From the NCBI GenBank assembly GCA_050331235.1, contig JBHJHA010000017.1:1-64000 (forward strand): a DNA stretch of 64,000 nt. The letters run 5' to 3'. Positions within the stretch are counted from its first letter, which is position 1. Every line of letters begins with the position of its first letter. The position numbers and the translations under genes are program-made. The notes under the pieces are model-generated. The model was not told the origin of the DNA and searched no databases. It saw only the letters and a list, made by a program, of their open reading frames with translations. Of the stretch, positions 20,175 to 31,169 are shown piece by piece. The DNA is from Leptolyngbyaceae cyanobacterium. Lineage in GTDB: Bacteria; Cyanobacteriota; Cyanobacteriia; Phormidesmidales; Phormidesmidaceae.

Positions 20175-20464
20175 TTGGAATTCCTGTAGACAAGCATGTC
20201 GACTATCCTAGCTTTACTGAGATCACATGCCTTCCCCCGGAGGAACTACGATACAGGTGCATAAATTGCTACAGCTAGTAACAGTTAATAGTAGATGTCC
20301 TTATTAGTCTGGTTGCAATTTACCGTTTACGCGAAGTCTCGGTCTGTTGTTTGAGACTTCGCGAGTCCGCCGACAGATCATGATAGAGTTGCCAACCGCT
20401 ACAAAAAACGGCTGGCCCTAAGCTGAGCAAGCCGTTGATACATGGAGCGTTAACTTTAGCCACT

Positions 20465-21538
20465 CTATTTTTGACGAGTGCTTTGGTAGTACAACGGTGA
20501 GCCCTCATTGGCCACGAAATGGCAATCTCGATAAGACCGGAAAAAACTTTTCCAGATGGGTACCGTAGACTTGCGATAATAGCTGCCTAAAACAGGCTTG
20601 ATTGCCTCAGTCGCCGTTTGTAAATGGTAGTGGGGAATGCTGAGAAAAATATGGTGGGCTACATGAGTGCCGATGTCATGGTGAATGGGGTTGAAGATGC
20701 CGTAGTCACGGTCAATGGTTGACAGCGCTCCCTTCAGGAAGTACCAATCCTCATTGCTATACCAAGGAATATCTGCTTCGGTGTGGTGTAAGTAGGTCAC
20801 CAGGTCTAGCCACATGACAAAAATGGCGTAGGGCACCCCGTAATAGGTGATGACAGTTCCCAACCCATAGTGAAAACTTAGCCCTGTGAGCAGGCTGACC
20901 ATCCCGATTAGCCACACCGTACTCGTCAACACGTCCCATTTTTCACTGGGTTTAAACAAGGGGCTACCGGGTAAGAAATGTGAACCACCCGGGCGGCTCG
21001 GCGATCGCCGAAACAAGTAAACCGGATATGCAATGAGGGGAAGATAAAAACGAATCAGCTTCTCCGGCCAGGTCATTTCGTCATATTTGGCTTCACTGAT
21101 GGGATACCAGCTTTCATCGGTCTCTAGGTTGCCGGTGTTGGCATGGTGAGTTCGATGGCTGATGCGCCACCCATGAAAGGGGACCAAAATTGGCGTGTGA
21201 CTTAGGTGCCCGACGAGGTTATTAATCCACTTGGACTTGGAGAATGAGCCGTGACCGCAATCGTGGCCAACGACAAACAGCGCCCAAAACATGGTGCCTT
21301 GGGCAAACCAGTAAATGGGCCAAAACCACCAGGCGTGAATTGTCGCCGCCAGGTAAAATAGGCCCGCAATGATGCCGATGTCGAAAAAGAAATACGCGAG
21401 CGATCGCCCTAGTGAGGGTTCAAAACACTCTTGTGGAATGGCAGCTCGAACGTCTTTGAGAGTAAACGGCAGCTCGGTAGGCTGCGTCAGGTTTTTAGCC
21501 GAGACGCCAGCAGCGTTCGGGTTGGCTTGTAATTGCAC
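20465..21538 (-). CDS. desB: Omega-3 (delta-15) acyl-lipid desaturase
   Basis: His boxes HDCGH, HRTHH, HVAHH; 'WLDLVTYLHH', 'GALSTIDRDYG'. Confidence 0.93.
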   Translation of the reverse strand: MQLQANPNAAGVSAKNLTQPTELPFTLKDVRAAIPQECFEPSLGRSLAYFFFDIGIIAGLFYLAATIHAWWFWPIYWFAQGTMFWALFVVGHDCGHGSFSKSKWINNLVGHLSHTPILVPFHGWRISHRTHHANTGNLETDESWYPISEAKYDEMTWPEKLIRFYLPLIAYPVYLFRRSPSRPGGSHFLPGSPLFKPSEKWDVLTSTVWLIGMVSLLTGLSFHYGLGTVITYYGVPYAIFVMWLDLVTYLHHTEADIPWYSNEDWYFLKGALSTIDRDYGIFNPIHHDIGTHVAHHIFLSIPHYHLQTATEAIKPVLGSYYRKSTVPIWKSFFRSYRDCHFVANEGSPLYYQSTRQK

Positions 21539-21695
21539 AGGTAATCAAGATTCCGGGTTAACAGCAGCGAACTCTATCAAGCCAGACCCACTGCATAACC
21601 TTGGGAGCTTGAAGATTAACGGGTGAGATAAGCTCTATCACTCATAAAACGAATGGAGCTGTATCAGCATTGAGAAATAGCTCGAGGCTTGCTAA

Positions 21696-22745
21696 CTACT
21701 GCACGCTTTGAAAGGAGCGATAAGCAGTTTGCGCATCATATAGGTGACACTGGCGGGTAATCTGGCCCATTAATTGCCAGGAAAACCGACGCAGATAGAT
21801 GTACTCGCCCCAGTTTTGCAAGAGGCTGTGGTGAGCCTGACGCAAGTTATAGGAGGGAATCCCCGTTGACAGATGATGGGGAACGTGGACGTTGATGTCA
21901 TGGCACAAAATCTCGATCCACTTTGGGTAGGTGCAGTGGACAGTGCCCGCCAACTGGGCCGGGACGGCTGACCAATCATTTTCAGTGTGGAACTGAATCT
22001 CTGGAATGGTGTGATGCACGATGGTGAAGGTGCTCATCCAGAAGTGATAGCCGAGCCAGGGCATGAGCCAAAACTTGATAATGCCCCCAAGTCCCACGGT
22101 GAAGTAAAGCGTGGGGAAGAAAATCGCGGCAAAGCCCGCCACTACCATTACGGACGTTTTGACTGCTCGGCGATCGCGCTCAGCAAAGCTACTGATATCA
22201 AAATGCAGCACCGCCCAGTGAGCAACGGAGCCCACCCACCAAAAGTTCCCCCGCAGTTGACGATAGCCCCACTGTAGCCAGGTGGGCGCTGACTGATAGG
22301 CCTCGACTGTCCAAGGTTCCCACGCGTTATCAACATGTAGCTTATTGGTATGAACGTGGTGGTGATCATGTAAGATCCGCCAGCAGTGGAAGGGATATAC
22401 CAGCGGCAACATGGCGATATGACCGACCCAATTGTTGACCCAGCGCCGTTTCGCAAAGGACCGGTGACCACAGTCATGGCCAATGACAAATAAGCCCGTC
22501 GCCGCTGTGCCGGTAAAAATCCAAGCAAGGGGCAATAAATACCAAGGTGAAAGGGCGATCGCCAACACTCCCAGAGCTATACTGACAAGGGTTGTCAGCA
22601 CGGAGAGCCAAGCCTTACGCCAATCCTTTTCAAAACACTCCTTGGGAATTGTGCGAATAACGTCGCTGAGTTTTAGGTGATTGAGCGCGGGAGTCATCTC
22701 TGTCAGGGCAGTAACCTGCACAGAGGGTGGTACAGTAGCAGTCAT
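21696..22745 (-). CDS. desA: Delta-12 acyl-lipid desaturase
   Basis: HDCGH, HDHHH, HVPHH; '[13 protein letters not shown]', '[17 protein letters not shown]'. Confidence 0.93.
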   Translation of the reverse strand: MTATVPPSVQVTALTEMTPALNHLKLSDVIRTIPKECFEKDWRKAWLSVLTTLVSIALGVLAIALSPWYLLPLAWIFTGTAATGLFVIGHDCGHRSFAKRRWVNNWVGHIAMLPLVYPFHCWRILHDHHHVHTNKLHVDNAWEPWTVEAYQSAPTWLQWGYRQLRGNFWWVGSVAHWAVLHFDISSFAERDRRAVKTSVMVVAGFAAIFFPTLYFTVGLGGIIKFWLMPWLGYHFWMSTFTIVHHTIPEIQFHTENDWSAVPAQLAGTVHCTYPKWIEILCHDINVHVPHHLSTGIPSYNLRQAHHSLLQNWGEYIYLRRFSWQLMGQITRQCHLYDAQTAYRSFQSVQ

Positions 22746-23259
22746 TCATAGCCTCAAGTAAATACCAGACTTTGCTGATACGCTGCTGTCAACCGAAATA
22801 ATGTGTTCGTTCTTATATGAGAAAACCGATCCAAAGTGTTGAGCTTTGAAAAGTTTTGTCAAGGAAGATGGCAAACAACTCGAAGTCCAAAAAAAGTCTG
22901 GTAGCAAGCCTATGTAGTCTACCCTACGCCGGTTCGCACGCACACAAGCTAACCGGGCGTAATCAGCAGTCCTGAGACATTATGGATTTTTGTTAAGGAA
23001 AACTAATGGAAAGATCCCTGTTCACGCTCATGATTGGTATCGCCATTGACAGATTGACGGTATCCTGACTAGATGCACGGCATTACGCAGGTTGAAGGAA
23101 TGCGCCTCGAACCCAGAACCTGTGACTGAGAGCCTGCCCTCTGACACTTGGTAATAAGTCAACTTGAATGTTGTCATAAACAGCCGTATTGCCTGGGTAT
23201 TCTCCTCGAACTAGCGTCACAGCATCAATCAGGATTTCGCTAATCGGTATTTTGCTTGG

Positions 23260-24981
23260 TCAAAACCCTAGGTCGGCTTTGGCGGCTTCTGACGCTCTAA
23301 ACAAGGGCTGATCGGGCATTTCCTCCCAAGCGGTCGCTCCCACCTCCTGATAAAACTGAGCGTCATAGGCGCGGGTGCGCACAACGACGGGCATCGGGGT
23401 AGCGTGACCAAGGATTAACGCTTGCTGTTTGGAATCGAGTTTTGCCAACACCGATCGCAAGCTTTGCGCACCAGAAACCCCCGTGAAGATCGCGTCGATA
23501 TCCTTCTCATCATTCAGCAATGCCGTAATGCGGGTGCCAATCTGCGACATGACTTCATTGTCAATGCCGGATGGACGCTGGTCGACCACTAGCAGCGTGA
23601 CAAAGTACTTGCGCATTTCGCGGGCGATCGTGCCAAAGATGGTTTGCCGGGCTGTGGCGGGGTCAAGAAAGCGGTGGGCTTCCTCAATAGTGATCATCAG
23701 CTGCCGAGGGCGATCGCTGGGTTGCTTAGTTTGCAAAAATCGCTCAGCCTTTTGCACGTAGATGGCATGAATCCGACGAGCGATGACATTCGTCGCCAGC
23801 ATGTAAGAGAGGAGGTTGGACTGCGAGCCAAATTCCACAATGACATGCTGGCCGGCCTCAATCGCGGTCAAAATTTGCCCAACATAGTTGTGGGGACACG
23901 CTGCACGGATATATTTGAGGTCGGCTAAGCGATTGAGCTTGCGCTGGAGTGCCATGATGGAAGACTTATTGCCCATCTTGGTTTCACAAAACTCTTGAAT
24001 GTCTTCATTGGTTAGGGACAGCAGCCGATTGATCCAGCCCTTGCCAAACTCGTTGCGAAGGATGATGGCGTTTTCTAAGCTGGCTTCGGATAGGTTGAGC
24101 TCCCCCCGTACTAGCATCAGATCTTCCACGTCAATTTGATCAAAGCTGATGTAGAGCTCTTGGGCATCGCGCACGCCGCGCCGTTTCGTCGCTTCTGGAT
24201 CGAGGGTAAAGATTTGCACTTGCCCCGGAAATAGCTGCCGCAACCCTTTTACCGTGCTGAAATGCTTGCCCTCGCTGACTGCTTCCCAGCCATATTCGGA
24301 ATGCATATCAAAAATCAGGTTCACAGCTGCCTGACGCTGGATGGTGCCCGACAAGAGCACCCGTGTTAGGAAGGACTTACCCGTACCAGATTTACCAAAA
24401 ATGCCGTTGCTCCGCTCGACAAACCGGTCTAGGTCGAGGCAGATGGGCACGTTCATATCGATGGGCTGGCCAATGATGAAGTTGCGGCGGTGGGGGTCGT
24501 CTTCCCAACCAAACACAATGCGAAAATCGCGTTCGGCGGCATCATACACCTGGCTGAAGTGGCTCGGAATCGTTTTGACCGGCAAGAGCTCCACGGCGGC
24601 ACTGCTCTGCACCTGATACGCCGCCGCACCCTGGGTAGTTTGAACTGGCGATGATGGCTGCTGCCCGTTTGAGGATTTCTCCTCCGTGGGGGTAAACATT
24701 AGCATGGGGCTGAGGCTGGCGGTACCGTAGGTGCCCGTACCAGACAAGACCTCTTGCAAAAAGAGATTGGAAGGTTCTGGCGGATTGGCTAAAATGCGAG
24801 CGCTGGCGGTGCCTAAGGCGACATCGGTCAACATACAAAAGAAGCGCGATCGCCGTCCCTGCACCACCAAAAACTTGCCCACTCGCATTTCTTCGACCGA
24901 GACATTGGGATGCAGGCGCACCTCCAATCCCCGTGCTAAGGATCCTTCAACAACCGAGCCTAAGGGCTTACCAAACTCCAT
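23260..24981 (-). CDS. HerA-like (DUF87) ATPase with N-terminal HAS-barrel-like region
   Basis: Walker A 'GKSGTGKS', 'IFDMHSEY', Walker B 'IEEAHRF', 'IAREMRK', 'DQRPS'. Confidence 0.88.
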   Translation of the reverse strand: MEFGKPLGSVVEGSLARGLEVRLHPNVSVEEMRVGKFLVVQGRRSRFFCMLTDVALGTASARILANPPEPSNLFLQEVLSGTGTYGTASLSPMLMFTPTEEKSSNGQQPSSPVQTTQGAAAYQVQSSAAVELLPVKTIPSHFSQVYDAAERDFRIVFGWEDDPHRRNFIIGQPIDMNVPICLDLDRFVERSNGIFGKSGTGKSFLTRVLLSGTIQRQAAVNLIFDMHSEYGWEAVSEGKHFSTVKGLRQLFPGQVQIFTLDPEATKRRGVRDAQELYISFDQIDVEDLMLVRGELNLSEASLENAIILRNEFGKGWINRLLSLTNEDIQEFCETKMGNKSSIMALQRKLNRLADLKYIRAACPHNYVGQILTAIEAGQHVIVEFGSQSNLLSYMLATNVIARRIHAIYVQKAERFLQTKQPSDRPRQLMITIEEAHRFLDPATARQTIFGTIAREMRKYFVTLLVVDQRPSGIDNEVMSQIGTRITALLNDEKDIDAIFTGVSGAQSLRSVLAKLDSKQQALILGHATPMPVVVRTRAYDAQFYQEVGATAWEEMPDQPLFRASEAAKADLGF

Positions 24982-25067
24982 CGGGCGTCTCCTTGCTTGC
25001 CGTCCACCAACTGAGTCAGCCTACTGCTATTAATACATATGTCTTGAGTATTTCTGTATTAATCCAT

Positions 25068-25099
25068 AAAAAAGGATAGGAAAATTGCTTCCCTATCCC
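25068..25099 (-). terminator. Intrinsic terminator downstream of the beta-barrel gene
   Basis: Minus strand reads ggatagggaa-gcaat-tttcctatcc followed by T6. Confidence 0.75.
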
Positions 25100-25160
25100 T
25101 CAGCCAACTTGCTCTACTGGAGGCGATCGCCGTTCGGCCACGATGAGAATAAGCGCTTGC

Positions 25161-25700
25161 TTAGAACTGGTAGCCCATGCCCCCTTGGATGGAAATCCCC
25201 ATGTTGCCGCCTTCGCGATAGGCGTCAAACGCAAAGATCGCGCTACCAAATAGGCTCAGGCGGCTATTGGGAAACATATAGTCGATTCCAGGCTGTAATA
25301 CAAATGACGTCTGATTACCGATGGGAGAGACATCTTCATCATCACCAAAGGGGAAAGATACCCCAGCGCCCAAGTAAATATCAGTGTTCCAACTGAGAGG
25401 GTAGTCGTAGGAAATCGTCGGCACCAGCGTAAAGTTATCAAATAAGAAGGCCGTGGCTCGTAGGGAAACCGGCATGCGGAGAAACCGGTATCGACCCGTG
25501 ATTACCATGTCTAGCCCGGCACCGCGGCCAGTTTCGGCCTCTTCGGTCAGGCCAAAGGCGGCACCAACGCCTACGTAGCTGCCGTAGGCGGCCTGAGCAT
25601 TGGCGGGGGTTGCTGTTGCCGCGATCCCTGCGCCGGTCAGGGTGCTACCTACTGCAGCGGCGATCGCTGCCTGCATCAGTCGACGTTTCATTTGCTTCAT
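25161..25700 (-). CDS. Small outer-membrane beta-barrel protein
   Basis: Signal peptide ending 'PANAQ', alternating beta-strand pattern, 'SYVGVG', 'IYLGAGVSF', C-terminal 'GMGYQF'. Confidence 0.8.
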   Translation of the reverse strand: MKQMKRRLMQAAIAAAVGSTLTGAGIAATATPANAQAAYGSYVGVGAAFGLTEEAETGRGAGLDMVITGRYRFLRMPVSLRATAFLFDNFTLVPTISYDYPLSWNTDIYLGAGVSFPFGDDEDVSPIGNQTSFVLQPGIDYMFPNSRLSLFGSAIFAFDAYREGGNMGISIQGGMGYQF

Positions 25701-25905
25701 TACTACTCACTCCTCAGGCAGGCAATGTATCCATAACGCCTGTGCGGCCACAGTCGCTCGTTGCTGCCGGTCCAAACGACCAACAGCTTTGTTTAACCAC
25801 AACTTTATAATTGGACGAAATTCTCGTGGGGCCAGGCATTTAACCGACCAAAAGGATACGTCACGGCTTAATTCAAGCAAAGATGCTCAGATCCGCAAGA
25901 AAAAC

Positions 25906-25923
25906 TTTACAAACTGTTACAAG
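25906..25923. promoter_or_regulatory. Candidate HLR1 (RpaB-binding) direct repeat
   Basis: TTTACAAA-ct-GTTACAAG fits (G/T)TTACA(A/T)(A/T)-N2-repeat at 15 of 16 positions. Confidence 0.5.
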
Positions 25924-25931
25924 TTCAGGGG

Positions 25932-28900
25932 TTAGCCTGTATTCCTCATGCCGGCGGCAATGCCGTTGATGGTCAGCAGCGCTCCCCGCAGCAATTCTTC
26001 GCGGCTATATCGAGATTTGATGACGCCCGAAGCGGCGCTGCGATAATGCCGCAAGCGCTTTAGCAAGGCTACTTGAATGAAGCCGAGGGGGACGATCGTG
26101 CCGTTGCGCAGGTGCACTGATCGCTGAAGATCAGGGTCGCCATCCAGGAGCCGCCGATGACCGGTAATGGTCAAAATGATTTCGGAGGTATTACGAAACT
26201 CCTCGGAAATTTGCTCAAACAAAGGATAAAAGCGCTCGCGATCTTCTGGTTGCGTCAGTTCGTGGATATAGTGCTCAGCAATCTGGAGATCGACCTTGGC
26301 TAGGGTCATTTCTACCTTGGAGATCACCATTTTGAAGAATGGCCACTTTTGATAGAAGTAGCGGAGAAGTTTTAGTCGTTCTTCAGGATCTTCCGATAAA
26401 AATTCCTTGAGCGCGGTGCCGACCCCATACCAGGCAGGTAATAAAAAGCGCGCTTGGGTCCAGCTAAATACCCAGGGGATTGCCCGTAGGCTGTCTAGGG
26501 TTTTCTTGCCTTTGCGGCGAGCGGGTCGTGAGCTGATCTGTAGCTGACTGATTTCCTCGATGGGGGTGACTTGATGAAAGAAGTCGATGAAGTCAGCCTG
26601 TTCGTAGATCAAATTGCGATAGTGGCGGCGTGAGCTAGCGGCTAGCTCTTCCATGATTTCGTTCCAAGGTTCAATTTGATCGACGCTGCTGTGTAGCAGA
26701 CTGCCCTGGATCACCGCCGTCGCCACTGTTTCTAAGTTGTAAAGCGCCAGGTCTTGCAGATTGTATTTAGAAGCCAAAACCTCTCCCTGCTCGGTGATTT
26801 TGATGCGTCCATTCAAGCTCGCGCCAGGCTGTGCCAAAATGGCCTCATAGGCGGGGCCGCCGCCTCGCCCTACGGAGCCCCCCCGACCGTGAAAGATACG
26901 CAGGGCGATGCCAAATTGGTCGGCCGTTGCCTGTAGTGCCTGCTGGGCTTTGTGAATTTCCCAGTTGCTGCTGAGAAAGCCGGAGTCTTTGTTGCTATCA
27001 GAGTAGCCCAACATAACTTCCTGAATGGGTTGATTCGATGAGGCGGGGGCGGCGGCGCGATCACCGGTGGTGTCGTCCACACGTCCCCCTTGGGTGACGG
27101 CCCGATATAGCGGCAGCTCAAAGAGCGATCGCATCACCGAGGGAGCCCGCTTTAAATCCTCAACTGTTTCAAACAAAGGTACGGGCTGAATGCTAGAGGC
27201 CCAAGTGGCGGGGTCAAAGAGGCCGGCTTCTTTAGCGAGCAGCAGCACCTCCAGCAAATCGCTGACGGTGTGGCTCATGCTAATGACGTAGCTATGGCAA
27301 ATTTGCGGGCCAAACTCCAGATGCAAACGCCGCATCATACGAAAGGTTTCGATGGTTTCACGGGTGATGTCGGAGCAGGGTAGCTCAGCGGGAATCAGCG
27401 GGCGGCGAGTTTGCAGCTCTTGAATCAGCCAGGCAGTTTTCTCGGATTCAGATAGCTCGTTGTAGCGCTTAGGTAAAACCTGTAAGTAAGCTGTCACCTC
27501 ATCCAGACAATCAGAGTGGCGGGAGCTTTCTTGGCGCAGGTCAAGCTGAGCCAAAACAAAGCCGTATAGCTCTACCTGACAGATGATTTGCTCTAACGCT
27601 CCACAGGTCATCCCCGTTGCCGCCAAATCTCGCTGAATCAGCCGCAGATCGTCTAAAAAGCTGTCCCCTGAGACATACAGAGGCCGCTCTGTGCCCTCGG
27701 TTTGGTCTTCCTGCAGCAGGTCGCCCTGGTAAAGTCGCTGACTGCGCAGCAGAGTGTTTTCAAGGCGCTGTTGCATATAAGCGAGCTTGAGACGATAGGG
27801 CTCCTGACGGTAACGAATCGCCCAGTGCTCATACAGCTCTGGCATGACTTGCTGGTCGTGGTCCAGGGAGTCCAGTAATTCTGGCTGCACTTCGCTCCAG
27901 TGGAGCGATAGGCTCAGCAGCTTAGTGAGGTGATCGAGGGATTCGATGTATTTTTCGAGGACGAGGTTGCGCTTGTAGCAGGCCGTTTTCCAAGTGACCT
28001 CTGGTGTGACAGAAGGGTTGCCGTCACGGTCTGAGCCTACCCAGGAGCCAAACCGGCAAAACTGGGGCTGGGGCGGCCGCAGTGAGGGAAAGGTACTCTT
28101 GAGCGATCGCTGAATCCGCTGAAATAGTTGGGGCAGGGCATCAAACAGCACTACATCAAAGTAGTGCAGGGTGTAATCAACCTCATCCAATACAGAGGGT
28201 TTAAACTGATGCAGCTCATCGGTACGCCACCATAGACGAATTTCCTCAGTGAGCTGTTCTTTGAGGGTGTCGATTTCCCAGGTGGAACCGCCATCCATGG
28301 TTTGCAGGGCATTTTCCGCTTGGTCAAGCCGGCGAAAGAGTGAGGCAATGCGCCGCTGCTTGTCTCGAATGGTATGGCGCACAATCTCAGTGGGGTGAGC
28401 CGTAAAAACTAGGCGAATATCGAGATTGTCGAGCAGCTTTTGAATCAGCTGGGGGGGCACATTTAGTCGCTTGAGGGCGGGGAAGAGCCAGTGAAATGTT
28501 CCCGCATCTCGATAGTTAGTAGGCAGCATTTGATAGTCAAAGGTGGACTTGACCTGCGGTGCCGACTGGGTGGACTCGCTATGGTACTCGGTGCTGTTTT
28601 GCTGCGGTCGGATGGTCGCCAGACCCGCGATCGCCGAAGCCGGATCAACCTCACCGTAGGCAGCGCGATACTGTCGCTGTTGCCCTTGCTGCTCATAGTG
28701 CTGTTCCACACTGTTAATGAGCTGGAAATATAGCGCAAAGGCCCGCGCCACTCGAATCGCATCTTGCAGTTCGAGATCTTCCACAACCTGCACCACCGTT
28801 TGCACACTGGTAGCGCGGGCTGCGGGGGCTTGTCCCTCTTCAGAACACAGCCGCCTCAGCTGATGCAACAGTGTAAGCAACTCAGCTCCACATTCCTGAT

Positions 28901-29051
28901 GTAGCACCGCCTCCCAAATGTCCTCCACTATCTTGATACGCTTCTGGACTCGCAGACTATAGGCCGAGCCGGGGGGAGTGATTGAGACTGCAGGTACGGA
29001 TTCAATAATGGCTTCTTGGGTAGTTGGCATATTCTCAAAAGAAGTAGGCAC
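25932..29051 (-). CDS. ppc: Phosphoenolpyruvate carboxylase
   Basis: 'VFTAHPTE', 'GSDRDGNP', '[15 protein letters not shown]', '[14 protein letters not shown]', C-terminal '[10 protein letters not shown]'. Start could be ATG 29030. Confidence 0.97.
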   Translation of the reverse strand: MPTSFENMPTTQEAIIESVPAVSITPPGSAYSLRVQKRIKIVEDIWEAVLHQECGAELLTLLHQLRRLCSEEGQAPAARATSVQTVVQVVEDLELQDAIRVARAFALYFQLINSVEQHYEQQGQQRQYRAAYGEVDPASAIAGLATIRPQQNSTEYHSESTQSAPQVKSTFDYQMLPTNYRDAGTFHWLFPALKRLNVPPQLIQKLLDNLDIRLVFTAHPTEIVRHTIRDKQRRIASLFRRLDQAENALQTMDGGSTWEIDTLKEQLTEEIRLWWRTDELHQFKPSVLDEVDYTLHYFDVVLFDALPQLFQRIQRSLKSTFPSLRPPQPQFCRFGSWVGSDRDGNPSVTPEVTWKTACYKRNLVLEKYIESLDHLTKLLSLSLHWSEVQPELLDSLDHDQQVMPELYEHWAIRYRQEPYRLKLAYMQQRLENTLLRSQRLYQGDLLQEDQTEGTERPLYVSGDSFLDDLRLIQRDLAATGMTCGALEQIICQVELYGFVLAQLDLRQESSRHSDCLDEVTAYLQVLPKRYNELSESEKTAWLIQELQTRRPLIPAELPCSDITRETIETFRMMRRLHLEFGPQICHSYVISMSHTVSDLLEVLLLAKEAGLFDPATWASSIQPVPLFETVEDLKRAPSVMRSLFELPLYRAVTQGGRVDDTTGDRAAAPASSNQPIQEVMLGYSDSNKDSGFLSSNWEIHKAQQALQATADQFGIALRIFHGRGGSVGRGGGPAYEAILAQPGASLNGRIKITEQGEVLASKYNLQDLALYNLETVATAVIQGSLLHSSVDQIEPWNEIMEELAASSRRHYRNLIYEQADFIDFFHQVTPIEEISQLQISSRPARRKGKKTLDSLRAIPWVFSWTQARFLLPAWYGVGTALKEFLSEDPEERLKLLRYFYQKWPFFKMVISKVEMTLAKVDLQIAEHYIHELTQPEDRERFYPLFEQISEEFRNTSEIILTITGHRRLLDGDPDLQRSVHLRNGTIVPLGFIQVALLKRLRHYRSAASGVIKSRYSREELLRGALLTINGIAAGMRNTG

Positions 29052-29140
29052 AGTGGCAGGTATAGCTTTAGTAAATCAGAGTATCGCTGTCGGTCTGCCC
29101 AATGAAATTCCTTGCGGATTAAATTAAGCTCTTTGACCAA

Positions 29141-29395
29141 TCAATTGTCAGTATCGGCGTCTGGACTGTCGGCGGCAGCGCTGGGGGTTTGCAGGTTTGG
29201 CAAGCGTTCACCCCGGAAAAACTCTTCGCTGGCGATGCCAAGCTGCGTCAGAGTTTCTGATAGGGCTCTAACGCTCATCAAAGCCACCAAAAATGGTCCT
29301 GTTAAAAGGCTTATTACCACACTTGAGCCGCTAGAACTGTTCATTCGCTGGGGATCTAGCGGTAATTGTTGAGAATCTTTATGTACAGTCGTCAT
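29141..29395 (-). CDS. Small cyanobacterial hypothetical protein
   Basis: 84-aa ORF with 'SLLTGPFL...LG.ASEE.FRG.RLP.L', which I recognise from conserved cyanobacterial small proteins. Confidence 0.7.
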   Translation of the reverse strand: MTTVHKDSQQLPLDPQRMNSSSGSSVVISLLTGPFLVALMSVRALSETLTQLGIASEEFFRGERLPNLQTPSAAADSPDADTDN

Positions 29396-29774
29396 AGCAA
29401 CAAAGAAAGTAAGAGTGCAAGAACTTATCGGCGGCTTGGTACCGCTTGGGGGCCTGCTAATGAGGCTGTTCTCAATGTAAGCGACTCGGCTCGGGATACG
29501 CGTAGTTTAAGCTGCAGTCACTGGTACAATCGCTGACCCAACCCGAAATCGCGATTGCTCGCTGTGAACACGACTCCTGAGAGCCCGGCTCCGATGGCCG
29601 CTGCAAACTAGCTTTTGGATGGATGAAACGCTTGAGGTCAGAGGGATTTAGTGTTGCAAGCCCCTTTGATTTAGCAAGATTGCCGAAAAGTGCCAAGCCG
29701 TTGTCTGGAAGCTGAAGCCAGGGAGCCAGGGCTGGCCGCGATACTGCTTACTAACGACACGGAGCCCCCTTCCC

Positions 29775-30815
29775 ATGCAACGCCTCACCCCTGATCACTT
29801 TGCCCCTGCTTTTCAAGCTTCTCTGCCGGTCTGCGCCCGCTCTACACATCAGTTGGGCGATCGCGATGTCAACGGGCTAGGGCGGTGCTCCGATTTATAT
29901 GTCCAAGGCTGCCAGCAGCAGGCGCTAGGGCAGCAAGAAACCGCACTCAGAGCGTTTCAAGAATTGCTGATTATGGGGCGGCAGCACGGTCATCAAGGAT
30001 GGATCCTCGCAGCTGAACGGGCGATCGCGGATCTGGGCGTAGCGGTTGCCGTGGTCACCTCTGTCCCCAACCCATTTGCCACTGTCAGCATGCCTCCGGA
30101 AATCTTGCAGAACTGTCACCAGGCCGCCGTACTGTCCGCCGAAGGACGCTGGCATGAGGCTACTGCTGCTTATCGAGCTGTTTTGGCCTTGGCAACCCAA
30201 GCGGAGCGGCCGGTGGACATGGCCCGCTGCCTCAATGGACTGGGGCTGATTGCGCTGGACCAGCAGCACTATGCCACGGCAGAAAGCCACTTTCGTGCGG
30301 CAGCCGAGGTCTTGGCCGATATGCCGCCGACCGAGGCTACCGCGATCGCGCTTCACAACCTTGGAGTGGCCCACTTGCAGCAGGAACATTACAGCCAGGC
30401 CAAAGTGGCGTTGCAATCTGCTCTAGAACGCTGGCAATTGCAAGCAGACAGTCTAGGTTTGGCCGTGACTCTGGAATACCTCGGCCGCGTGTATGCTCAC
30501 CATCAAGAATATTGGCTAGCCCTTGGGAGTTTAGAAGCCGCTGCCGATGTCTTATCTGAACTCGCTGGGCACCAAGACGTCACCCAAGCGCTGGCGGTGC
30601 TGCTAATGCAGGTGGCTGCCGTTTGCGAGCAGACTCAGCACCCTGACATGGCGATCGCCTACTGGAACGAAGCACTCACCATCTTTCAGACGCACCACAT
30701 TCTGGCTCCGCAACTGATGATTTGGCAGCGTTTGAGTCAGCTGTGCAATCAGTGTGGTTATTGGGCAATCGGCCAGCAGTTTGCCATGGCCCTTGGACAA
30801 TGCGCCACGCTCTGA
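29775..30815 (+). CDS. Tetratricopeptide repeat protein
   Basis: TPR helices 'CLNGLG......HY..A', 'LHNLG......HYSQA', 'LEYLGRVY'. Confidence 0.8.
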   Translation: MQRLTPDHFAPAFQASLPVCARSTHQLGDRDVNGLGRCSDLYVQGCQQQALGQQETALRAFQELLIMGRQHGHQGWILAAERAIADLGVAVAVVTSVPNPFATVSMPPEILQNCHQAAVLSAEGRWHEATAAYRAVLALATQAERPVDMARCLNGLGLIALDQQHYATAESHFRAAAEVLADMPPTEATAIALHNLGVAHLQQEHYSQAKVALQSALERWQLQADSLGLAVTLEYLGRVYAHHQEYWLALGSLEAAADVLSELAGHQDVTQALAVLLMQVAAVCEQTQHPDMAIAYWNEALTIFQTHHILAPQLMIWQRLSQLCNQCGYWAIGQQFAMALGQCATL

Positions 30816-31169
30816 AAGGGCGAAAACTCGGTGGGCCAAACAGTTATCAGCTTCAGCCGCGGCCGGCATTTTGCGAGGTCGCGTTTTTTTTGGGAGTCAT
30901 GACACATGCTTAATCGTTTGAGCGCTAACGTGGGATCAAACTCTGGAAAAAGCGTGTGAGATTGGTGAACGGCCGCTAGTATTGTCAACGACATATGTGA
31001 CTTTGCGAAAGGGCCGATCTCCTCCGGCAGTTTAGGAACCTTATCTGCAAATTCTTGTCGATTTTGGCGGAATTGGCTGGTGAGAATCCGTAGACTGCGA
31101 TATGCTTCACAGCTATATTTCCTAGGATTGTGTCGGTGCTGCCGCTAGCCCTAGCCGTAGTCCAAATTT

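Noticed and set aside
20465..22745. Tandem desA-desB as a novel cluster
   Set aside because: Adjacent desaturase genes are already known in filamentous cyanobacteria.
23080..23160. TPP-riboswitch-like words (CTGAGA, ACCC..GAACCTG) upstream of desA
   Set aside because: The elements are in the wrong order, are on the strand opposite desA, and there is no thiamine gene nearby.
23260..24981. HerA ATPase as an anti-phage system (Sir2-HerA or similar)
   Set aside because: No adjacent Sir2, nuclease or other effector gene. It sits among housekeeping genes and looks like the widespread cyanobacterial HerA-type protein.
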